The notes beneath the pieces were generated by a model that was not told the DNA's origin, made no database searches, and saw only the letters and a program-made list of their open reading frames with translations. 64,000 nucleotides of DNA from Massalongia carnosa (Eukaryota), in assembly GCA_965645245.1 (NCBI GenBank), contig OZ287078.1:558001-622000 (forward strand). Direction: 5' to 3'. Positions 1-10,800 of the stretch are shown here, one piece after another (within the stretch, counting starts at the first letter, position 1; each line of letters starts with the position of its first letter). The position numbers and the translations under genes were made by a program.

Positions 1-884
1 ATCTAAACTAACCAACTAGCCTAGCCCTGGTGTGAACATGATATTATGTAACTAGCTGCAGCGGTAGAAGAGACGAGATTGAATGAATGAATGAATGAAT
101 GAATGAATGAATAGAACAGACAAATAAAACAAAATGAACGAAACAAAGATCCTTGAGCGATTATAATAATGAAGATGATGACGATGAAGAGAAAAGGATA
201 AACTCCAAAATCATCTGATCTCCATCTCTCTCTCTCATTTCACCCCCCCCCAAGAGTCACCGGTCGCCGGTCACCGAACGTCGCATTTTACATTTTCCAA
301 TTAACCACTCCTCTTCCTGTCATGCTGTAGGGTAAGTGAGCGTCTGTCTGTCTATTCTAAAACCAGAAGAAAGGGGAAAAAAAACCAAAACCAAAAACAA
401 AACCAAAACCAAAACCCCGTGATGGATGTGTATGGAATTTGTATTGATTGATTCTGCCTGTATTGTAGTGTTCGCAAGCGACAAATGGAACCGAGCGCTA
501 AAGTGTACATACAAAAAGGGCAAGTACCTAGGTGGTAAAAAAGGGAGAGGGAAAAAAAAAACGCCAAGGGATTCAATCCCCCCCCCCCTTTTCCCCCCTG
601 AAGGAGGCAGGAAATAGAACAGGAAGCCGCCACATGGAAAACAAAACTTATGCTTTCGTTGGCTGTCTGTAGATACCTAGGTGGATGATGCAACAGGTCG
701 GAAAGCAAACAGGAAGAGCGCCGTATGATGCTGCGGGTCATGAAGAAATGTCAAAGGGTGGTCGGGAAATAGGCTGCATGGTGCAACCGAGGAGGCGGTG
801 CGTGTGCGCGGGGGAAAAGCATCAAAAGGGAAGGTGAGGTTGGTGGATGACAACAAACATGAACCCCCCCCCCCCTTCGCCCAT

Positions 885-2643
885 TCAGATCTCCACGCTC
901 TTCATCCCATCCGCCCCGGCCACGCCTAGGCCCGAAACCACGCGCTTCCCGCCGTTCTCCTTGTTTCGCTCCCCATCGTCCGGCATGGACGGCGGCGGCG
1001 GCGGCGACGACTGTTGCTCCAACGCTTGGCTCAAACTCTCCTGCATGCCCCCGGTCCCGTTGGCCAGGATCGGCGTCTCCACTTCGACCAGTTTCCCGTT
1101 CGGGAGGTCATTCATGACACGCGTCTCTATGGCCAGCATGCTCTTGGCCATGCCGCTCGCCGGACGCACCGGCCGGGGCGCCACGCTGGTCTCCTCCGAG
1201 ACTTGCGCCAACGGGCTCGGCTTCCCCATCATGGTCCCGCGCGGACTCGACGGCCCCTGTCCTCGGGTGGAGAACCGCATGGGCGAGCGGCCGCGCTCTT
1301 CGGTGGGACTGCCGTACGGAGAGGAACCGTTGGATCCGGGATGACCGTGCGTGTTGACGTGAAGACCGCTGGCCGGCCTTCTCCGCGGTCTCTTGCGCCC
1401 GTATTTCTGATCGGCTCTCCAGCGCAGAATGTCCAGATAGCCCGGCTCGACCGACGTGGCTTTAAACTCCCGCAGCTTCAACTCCTGGCTTTCTTCGTCC
1501 ACAAAAACCTTTTCGCTGCCGATGTCGTCCGCGACCGTGGCGAGGAAGGCGGCCCACGAGCGCGCGATGACGTATTTGCAGTCGTAATCGCGCCCGAAGA
1601 TGATGATCTGCCCCCATTTCCCCATGGGCCCGGGCGCCAGATCCACCGCGATGTTGTTCCCGCCCCAATCCCGCGCGAGCGGGATCCACCCGGGATGCGC
1701 GTATGCCTTTTGGATCGCTCTCGACGGCTGCGAGTCCTGCTTGTCGAGGAGTTCCTGACGCCAGAGCGGATTGGCCAACGGTTGCGACGCCGAGGCCGTC
1801 AACGGCCTGAGCGACGACCGACGTTGCGCGGGGGCGGTCAGGTATTCCTCATTCACCACGCGCCAGTTCTTCCATTCCTGCACGATTTCCTCGCAATCCA
1901 ACAGCATGCATCCAAAAATGATCCCCGTGGGCCTCCCGCCCCGTTCCTGTCCGTCGTGATACTGCAGCGACTCGCGGACCTCCAAGGGCAACGAACAATC
2001 CAGCTCGTGCTCCAGCTCGTTCACATCGTTCTGGGTGCATCCTTCCGACAGTTGATCGTAGAGCTCTTCGTAATTCTCTTCCGTCCAATGATCGATCCGC
2101 TTCCACGAATGCGTCACCGGTGGCGGAGGCGGCAAACCTTCTTGAAAGCTCTGCATCTGAATCTCGCCCGGTGTGACATTTTCCAACGCGTGGTCCCCCG
2201 ACGTCTTCCTCTGCACGGCAAAATTGGACCGCATCCCCGGCGAGTACGGAGAGCTTGGCGATTGCGGACCACCTGCGCCTGACGTTGCCGGCCAGCCTGC
2301 GTGTCCATTCGACAGCGCCGACATGGATCGGCCCGTGTTCTCGTCCACGTACGGGAAGTGGAGATCGGCGCGCGAGTCGACGGCACTCGTGGCCACCGAG
2401 GTCAGCGGAGCATGGCGACTTTGATTGAGCGGCATGTGTTGACCGGTGCGGTAGGGCGAATCATGCGAGGCATGACGGTCGTTGGATGTCATCGTGTGCC
2501 AAAACGAGCGCCATGCTGACCCAAATCTATCAGGAGTCTGGGTCAGCGAGATGGTAGATACCGACGTCATGGTCGAGGCGGTGAAGGTGGAGGTGGAGGT
2601 GGAGGTGGATGTGGAGGTAGACAAGGGCTTACGACGGCGACAT
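885..2643 (-). CDS. SMI1: SMI1/KNR4 cell-wall (1,3-beta-glucan) synthesis regulator, 2 exons (2643-2633, 2526-885)
   Basis: ATG at 2643, GTAAGC donor at 2632, GCTGAC branch point, TAG acceptor at 2527, giving MSPSFGSAWRSFWHTMTSNDRHASHDSPYRTG. SMI1/KNR4 motifs LP.EVRESL..HDGQERGG.PTGIIFG, HPGWIPLARDWGGNNIAVDLAPGP.GKWGQIIIFGRDYDCKY. Stop TGA at 885-887. Confidence 0.93.
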
Positions 2644-3577
2644 GACGAGGGGAGTGGCGATTGATATGATTGTATTTATGAAGCGACCGATTCGTAGTCG
2701 ATGAGACCATGCGTGCCCAACCGGGGCGTTTTACAGTCGTAAATAGCAGGAAAGTGTGAAGCGGGAAGGAGAAAGTGTGGGCGGGTACGGAGTGGTAGGA
2801 GCTTTTGACGATGGTGGCTTTTTTTTTCTTAGTTCTTAATTTATTTTTCTTTTTTCTTTCTTTCTCGCTCTCTCCGTTTTGCTTTCTATTTTCTATTTTC
2901 TATCTGCCTGGTCCATCGGGCGTCATTACTCTGTCACTCTGGCATCCAGCGTGACGGTGCATGAAAAGGGGAGATACGCGTGAGGAGAGAACGAGAGGCG
3001 ACGAGCCGAGTCAACTCGAATCGATTCAATGGAAGATGAGAATCCTTCGACCCGATTGGCCCGACTTTCCTTTTGCGTCCCAACCACTCCGTCGCTAGTC
3101 CATCCAATCCCCGATTACCTGATTTTCCTGAATCCTGATACTTGATACGGAGTAGGTACCGTACCGAGTCACTATTCGGTAATCTATTTTCCTCGTGCCC
3201 CGATCCCCCTATCCCTCCCCCTATCCCTCCCCCTTCCATTCCCTGCATTCTCGCATTCTAAACAACGCAAGAACAAGAAACTGAAACATTCCAAAGTGCG
3301 CTAAACCTGAAGAGTACTAGCTCGGCTCCGCCCCCGCTGATGACGGACGATGACTCATCATTTGCCGCCGCTTCCTTCCTCCCTTGCTCTCGCTTTTGCT
3401 TTTGCTTTTGCTTTCGCTCTCACTCACTCAGTCTCTTTGTTCTCCTGCTCGTTCTCCGTCCGCCTGCACCGAACTCCTTCTGCAGCCCTCAGCGCTTCAT
3501 TAACCGAATCGTGCTTTGTACCACCCTAGAAGCTGAATGAACAGGAGTGTTCCCGTTGATGTTTACCAATCGTCTCA

Positions 3578-3658
3578 TCACCACTCACCACTCACCACTC
3601 ACCACTCACCACTCACCATTCACCACTCACCACTCACCATTCACCACTCACAACTCAC
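3578..3658. repeat. Heptamer tandem repeat (CACCACT)n upstream of SMI1
   Basis: About 11 near-perfect copies of CACCACT/CACCATT visible directly. Confidence 0.9.
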
Positions 3659-4473
3659 ATCCTCTCACCGCCCGAACACGTAGGGAATGGAATCACGATT
3701 GGCCACCGATCAGCGTTCAGCCTACGTCCATAGCAGGCGCCCATACGCGTTATTCGTTGGAGGGTGGATGGAAAACGGACTAATGCAGGTCCCAGTTACT
3801 CAGTCTAACCGAGTACGGAGTACTATGTGACTCCGTACAAACTCCCACAGTCCCGTACAAACTACGGACTGCTCCTGCATCAGCCGCGGGTTTCTAGCCA
3901 ATCAGTGCTTGCCTTTCAGCCTGGCAATCCCGCCTTGTCCTTCCGTTTCAGTTGTAGGTATCGCTGTACAGAGCAGCATAGGTATACCAAGTAGGTAGGC
4001 ACACGATAGATACTCGGTATCCATGATGCACGTCAACAAATCACATGTGATGAACGAAATTTACTCCATGGAAGGAGGATGGAGATGAGGATATGTCGTG
4101 AAATATGCTATAAACCTGTTCGACCACGCAAGATCCTCATCACCCTCCATCGCGCAAGCTCGTTTGCATTTGGTCATGACTCTGGCAATATGTTCCGATT
4201 GACCTCAATCATCACCAATCATCACCAATGATGGAACGCTGGCAGCGTTGTAGATATATTGATCAACCGGCTCCCCTTGGTACCTCATCTGTGGCTTTGC
4301 TAGATGCTCTTCCACCATTCGAGCTTTCGCTTGGTACCTCAGTTCGAGGGAGGAGCCACCTGTAGCGTCTGGGAGGGATAAGGACAAGCAGACGTATGTA
4401 CCATGGTAAGGATACGTCGTCGCTGTTCGAGGACTTTGGCTTAGTCGTCGGGTGATTACAGGCGCACCCCTCG

Positions 4474-4716
4474 ATGCTGGAAGACCTCCCGGTGGAGATT
4501 CGGATCATGATGATGCGTGAGATGCCCGATGTTGATTCCCTAGCAAAGCATCATCCACGCGTCTCCGCGCTGCCATCAAGCATATCTCACGGCCATGTTC
4601 CGTTGCCAGATATACACGAGCTATTTAACCCCAACATCAGTTGTACATGTACGTGGGCGTCCCGACTCCGGTGGGACAAGCTCTCGACGATGCGGGTGGA
4701 TGGGATCTTCATGTAG
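4474..4716 (+). pseudogene. Frameshifted relic of a fungal F-box-like protein
   Basis: LEDLPVEIRIMMMREMPDVDSLA, continuing after a frameshift near 4545 as SIIHASPRCHQAYL. This matches the common fungal F-box-like N-terminal pattern L..LP.EI...I...LPD..SL..LIHASP..H.AY. No continuing ORF. Confidence 0.55.
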
Positions 4717-5068
4717 GATCGGGTCTGATTCGACGCGTGGGGAGTCTCGGAAGCTAACCTGTCTGCTCAGGTGAAGGCATGTAGAAATCAATTAAGTCGC
4801 ACGAACTGAGCGACGACCCATTGAGTTGAAAGCGAATCCCGTTTTTTCAAATGAATGATGAGATGTGCTAGCACTTGGGAAAATCCGCAACATGATATCA
4901 ACGACGTCTCCTTTTCCCCGCCCGGGTTTCATCTGCAATTAAGATTATGGTGCCCAAAAAAAAACAAAAAGAAAAAGAAAACGAAATGCCAACCAATAAG
5001 AAAGAAAAAAACATCTGTTGTAGACCGTTTGTTTTATTTTTTTTTTTAAAAAAAGGAAAAATCAAATA

Positions 5069-6863
5069 ACGTCTTAGCCACCACCCATTCGGGCCAGCCA
5101 CCCAATCGGGCCACCCCCCTCGAAATCTAGTAGCTGAATATTAATCTTTTCCTTCCAATCCACCACCATCACTCCTTTATCGATAAACTATATACAAAAT
5201 GCCTAAAAACATAGCCGTACATGACTCTGCTACCAGAATACAGTTGGCTATTGAAGAAATACGCAAAAACCCGGGCATTTCGCAGCGGGAGATAGCGCGC
5301 ATTTACGGAGTTCCCCGATCGACCTTACAGGCCCGTCTTCGAGGCAGACGGCAAAAACCTCTCATGAGGCCACTCAAAGACTATCAGTAGAAGAAGAACA
5401 GGGCTTGATCACGTGGATAGATCGGATGACTGCATGAGGTTGGCCACCTAGTATTCAACATCTTGAGGACATGATCAAAAGTCTGCTAGAAGCAAAAGGG
5501 GACTCAAAACCCCTAGGACATCATTGATATAAAAACTTCATGAATAGACATCCTCAATTCAGAACTAAATTTAAAAGAAACTTGGATCAATTCAGAAAAG
5601 ACGCAAGTCATCCCAAAATCCTGAAGGAATGATTTGAACTGTACATGATCACTCGAGCAAAGTATGGAGTCGCAGATGAAGATATTTACAATATGAATGA
5701 AAAGGGTTTTGCCATGGGCATTGCGGATAGTTCTAAAGTGATAGTCAAGAGGGAAACAATCTCATTCAATGTGCATTCAGGGAATAGGGACTGAATCTCT
5801 TTAATCGAATGCATATCCTCTCGCGGGACAGTTCTTCCTGTCTATATCATTTTCCAGGATAATCAGGTTCACAAAGATTGATTAGAGGTCATTGCTGATT
5901 CTTTGATCACTCTGCAAGTCAGTCCTAATGATTGAACGAATGCAGAGATAGGTTTTCATTGATTAGAACATGTCTTTCATCCGCAGACAAAACGTACACA
6001 GAGGATTTATAGAATGTTGATTGTGAATGATCACGAAAGTCATATATTCATGAACTTTATTAAGTTCTGCGATCAGAAGAAAATCTTAATTCTTTGTTTG
6101 TCATCTCATTCTACTCATCTATTGCAGCCATTAAATGTGAATGTTTTTGACCCGCTATCTAAGGCTTATAAGACGCTTGTTTCTGCGCGATCTCGTTACG
6201 GGGGCCGTAAATATCTCGAAATTGGAATTCCTACACCTTATTCAGGAGGCTAGATAGCAAGCTATGACATCCATCAATATCATGAATGCATGGCGAGAGG
6301 CAGGTTTTATTCCATACAATCTCGAGCATGTTTTAGGCAAATTGCCTAAACCTATCATTCCTTCACCTCGCGACATCTTCATCACTATCCTCACAACGAA
6401 CAAACGCATTCAGATAGCTAGCGATGCTTTGTTAACCCGTGTAACTTCATCTCTCCGCGCGCATGTTGAATTGCTTCAAACAATCGCATTGAATGCCGTG
6501 ACTGACAGAGTTATTCTACGAAATATCAATCAGGAACTAGTTGAAAAACAGGCTCAGCGACGCCAAAAGGCGTCTAGAAAGGGGTGTGATAAAGCGAGGA
6601 TGCTAACTGTGAGTGAGGGGCTGGCTAAAAATCGAAGAGAAACAGCAAAAAGAGGAGGCATTAGCCAGAGAAAACGAGCGATATCATGCTTTAAATGGTA
6701 AAGTGAAGTTCGCAAAGGCCGTCTGGAAAGAAATGCGTATGGATAGTGATATTTTTTAGTTAATTTTGGGGATGGTAGAAGCATCGTGGTGATGTTGTTT
6801 TCCTTTTGGTGGAGGGAGGATAACTAGTTGGCCAGGATATTTTTGATGGGGTGGCTAATACGT
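5069..6863 (+). mobile_element. Degenerate Fot1/pogo-like (Tc1-mariner superfamily, DDE_1) DNA transposon
   Basis: Imperfect TIRs ACGTCTTAGCCACC (5069) and GGTGGCTAATACGT (ending 6863), flanked by TA at 5067-5068 and 6864-6865. Internal transposase remains. Confidence 0.9.
5199..6745 (+). pseudogene. Inactivated Fot1-type transposase (HTH_psq/CENP-B HTH + DDE_1)
   Basis: HTH ISQREIARIYGVPRSTLQARLRG. Mutated catalytic motifs YNMNEKGF, LIVNDHESH, HSTHLLQPLNVNVF. Seven in-frame TGA stops and frameshifts near 5355, 6205 and 6640. Confidence 0.9.
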
Positions 6864-7195
6864 TACCAAAAAGCAAGGGGTGGGGTTCCCAATAAAATGC
6901 CGTTACATGCATACATATTAGTTTATCGGTTCAGTGAGTGCGTGAGCATGTAACAAATCTTCCAAGAGGAAATGTTGAGGGAAAACGGTGTTACATCCAT
7001 AGCATTACGGAAATGGCAGCATGTTGTTAGCTAGCGCCTCGGGGGGAAGGTTGAATTTGAACTTGAATTTAATAGATATATGTACTTCGTATGGAAGAAC
7101 ACTTGAACCCCCCCCCCCCTCGATAAAAAAAAAAAAAGAGAGAGAGAATTGCAGTAAACAAACCCCCACCCCCCTTACTTACCCCTTACCCCTTC

Positions 7196-7226
<31 letters not shown>

Positions 7227-7804
7227 CCATTTCGATCGATCGATCGGGAAGAGAGAAAGTGCTGGGCATTTGGGGAAATGGTAGCAAATAGCAGGTAAAA
7301 AGTTTTTTAAAAAAAAATTAGGATGGGGTTTGGTTTGCCTTTTTATTTCCGGTTCGGGGTTTTGAGAGGGGTGGAGTGGATGGAGGTGGGGGGGGGGGGG
7401 CTTTTTTTTACAAAAGAAAAAAAAAATCAAGGAGAAAGACGGTAGGGCAGGATTTTGGGATGGGAAGATGGGATGATGGTGATGATGGTGATGACTATGA
7501 AAAGGTGAGGGAGGATGGATACACAGATAGATGGATGAATGGTCTTCTTCTTCTTCTTCTTCTTCTCCTTCGTTACGTTTGGTAGGCTTGGAACCGAAGA
7601 ACTAAAAGTATGGGGAGAGAGGAAAGTGCTCTGGTCATGAATCCCCCACCTAGAAATGACTTTTGAAGAGTCTCCCCTCCCCTTCTCCCGCAACCAGCAC
7701 ACACACACACACACACACACACCCGTTGACATCAGCATCCGCCCCCAACCCCTCAACCTCCTCGTCCCTTGCAGCCCCTAATCAGCCCCCCACATCTTGC
7801 CCCC

Positions 7805-10800
7805 TCACCCCTTCCAGCCCCTAATCACCCCCCACATCTCGCCCACCACGCCCAAATCCCTCTCCAGTTTCTCCTCCAGCTTCCCAGGATCCAGCCACCA
7901 CGCCCGCGTCCGGAGCGTCGCCACCGCCCAGCGCGTTCGCATATCGATGATCCCAGCTTCCTGTCCGAGGAACTCGGTCCATGGGCCCTGAAGCTCCTCG
8001 AGCTGTGTCGCGGGGGTGGTAGAGTCCGTCAAAAGGCCTGATAATGCATGTCGACGCGCACGATGCTCTTCGGCGATTCTACCCAGATGAAGCTGCAGCT
8101 CGACGCCCTCGGTCAGGAACAGGGCGCGGAGGACGATCTTGATGCTAGCGGAAAGATTCAGAGGCGCTACGAGATCGAGGTAATCGGTGATGAGTCTTCC
8201 GTTAGGTCTCTGGCGGAATGCTCTTGCTTCTTGCAATTTGGGGGCGCATCGGCGCCAAAAGGCTTGAATTTTGACTACGGCTTGCGTCAGGTGCTCGGTG
8301 GGTTCGTCGCTGTCATTGGTAGATTGCATTTTCCAGGTATTGCTGGAAGTATCGTTGTCAGCCAGGACTTCTGCTAAGCTGCTCCGCACGACTCCAAGCT
8401 TAATGAGCTGTTCCGTGGTTGGCGAATTCTTCTGCTTCTCCTCGAAATCGACAATCATAAGTCGATCCTTGCCGTTGTAGATATTGTAGGATTGCATTAG
8501 ACGCTGCACGAAATCTGGAAACTTGGCTGGCCGGAGAAATTGAAGGGGTGATGAGGGAAGCAGGAAAACCTGCGCATCAAACAGGTTAGCCCGGGTCTCC
8601 TATACCTCTCACCCATACGTACATTTTGTATCTGATCGCACATTTCTCGATAACCTCGGGTTGGATTCCACTCGCTGCCCAAATTAAGTATAAAGATAGC
8701 CAGAAACTCCATATTTCGGCGCTGTGTGATGATCGAAGGCCCGCTTGAAAACGTGAAACCCAAGCTTAAAACCCGCTCAAGGCGCCCCAAAAAATGAGAG
8801 AAACTATCAATGAGCATTCGTATACATTCCGTATACTTCATTCTCTCTGCCTCCGGACGATACTCCTGCTTGGGTTGACTGGCGATAATCGGCGCAAGAT
8901 ATAGACCTGCCCAGGCATGGGGAATTACAATAGATTGACCCGAGCGTCTTGCAAAGAGCTAAATCGAGAGATGTCAGCGATAATCGTTCTAGATGTGGGA
9001 TTTAGAGCTGATACCAGATACGTGCCAATAAATTCATACAACGACACTATTGCATAGCATTCTGTAAATGCAATCTCATCAATTGTATCGAGAGTTATCA
9101 GGAGATTTCGTAGTTCGTTTTGCTATTCTATTAGCGCCAAAGGTGCTCTAAAGTGCTTCAGGCACTTACGAAGAACTCTGTATTGACCTCAGACCCAGAA
9201 AATACCGCGGCTTGAAGGCGCAGAAAGTTATGTGCTACCTGGCCAGTCTGTCGTAATTGATGATTTTGATCGAAGCAATTTCTACGCTCATAGCCAATTT
9301 TTCTCATCACCGCTATCGAAAATCGGTCATGTACCCCACAGCCTATCTGTATCAGCAAGCAATCCTTAAATCTCTGGAAATAAGGCTTCAGGTTACCAAG
9401 AATGCGCGCTAGCTGACATTGGGCCATTAAAGCTGCTATACTACTTCTCTTTTCCCATTCTCTGCTAAACCTATAGAACAAATGATCCTCAAGTGACGAG
9501 GCGAGTTTGAAGTAAGCTTGATCCGAATGGAGAGCGGATGTAGCTGCGATCACTGCAGAGGAAGCTTGATACTTTGCTGAAATATACGTAAGTGTGCGAA
9601 GTAGTTTCTCCAACCATTTACGACCTGAAAACTCAGTTGCGGCTGTATGAGCTTAGGGACACACGAAGATAGGGAAGAGGATCCTCTTACGTCTCGGAAA
9701 GTATGATTGCTGAAATTGCTCGCTCAAACCTCGAATCGTGTGTATCCTCAAAATCGCCGGGAATACGGTTGAAACACGTAGTAACGCCTGGAACGAGTTA
9801 GAGTTGGACAAAGGAACAACAATTTCTACATACTAAAACCATCGAAGTATACTCTTCAACGGTGTTGTTATGCAAGTACATACACTCATTCTTGAGCGCC
9901 TTGTAGCATTTTCCTGGGTGGTCCATTAGAAAAACTGAGAGTGAAATGGGCAAGAAGTAAGTACGATTTGATAGAAAGTGGCGGCAAGGTTCGGGCCAAT
10001 CCTTTGCCCATAAATCCCGAGCCTTCTCATCGAAAGCTACGATAGCAGTCGAAAACTTGTCTTTAATCCATGATATGGCCATTTCATGCCTCAAAACAGA
10101 AATGTCTCCCTTGTTTTCGTTTGCTTCGATTTGAAAAAATGGAGACCACGAGAGACATATCTCTTTTTGCGACGGGGTTCTAAAGAAGCCACAAACAAGG
10201 CGGAGACTTTCCGAGAATGATTCCGTTTTCTCGGATAAGAGTCCCTGGATGACAGCGCTTGTCTCATTAAGAATCTCGACGGGGAGATCTGAAACTTTTG
10301 TCGTTCGGCCAATGTAGTCTGGCAAAAAGATCACAACCTAATTACTGGATTAGCGTTATGTTGCAATAAGTGAATTAGAAAGGGCTTTTTGCCAGTAAAG
10401 AGTTACTTACAGACAAGCAAAGACACTCTTTGGCCATCCTATCTAAATCACCAAGATTTTTGGCCATCTGCCCAGTCTTAGCTAAGTTGAAAACTTGTGT
10501 AGCGAGTCTCCACTTTGCTGTCGCTGCCGATAGATAAAACGGAGGGCCTTCTTGCCAATGACTGGGGACGAAGATGATATTCGACTCATCATAATCGCCC
10601 CCAAAAATCCGTGCGACCTGGAGGAAGTTGAATACCATTTCAATCTGATCTTTGTAAAAGCTCCATACTGGATTATCTAAATCGACCGCTTCAAGCGCTG
10701 CAGTTAGTTGCCCATCCTCTATTAAGAGGTGAAAAAGACTCTCGTTTCTCCCTTGAGTTCTGTAGAAATCTGCCAACTGTGTGGTCATTTCGAACTCCTT

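Noticed and set aside
1014..2282. 422-aa plus-strand ORF
   Set aside because: Antisense shadow of the GC-rich SMI1 coding sequence with no recognisable motifs
2527..2632. STSTSTST N-terminal extension of SMI1 in the ORF track
   Set aside because: It is an (ACCTCC)n repeat inside intron 1, which has canonical donor, branch point and acceptor
5435..5962. UGA-as-Trp recoding or mitochondrial/bacterial origin of the first transposase
   Set aside because: The same GG>GA change also hits Gly and Asp codons, including catalytic residues. Frameshifts are present, and host genes use TGA as stop, so mutation explains it better.
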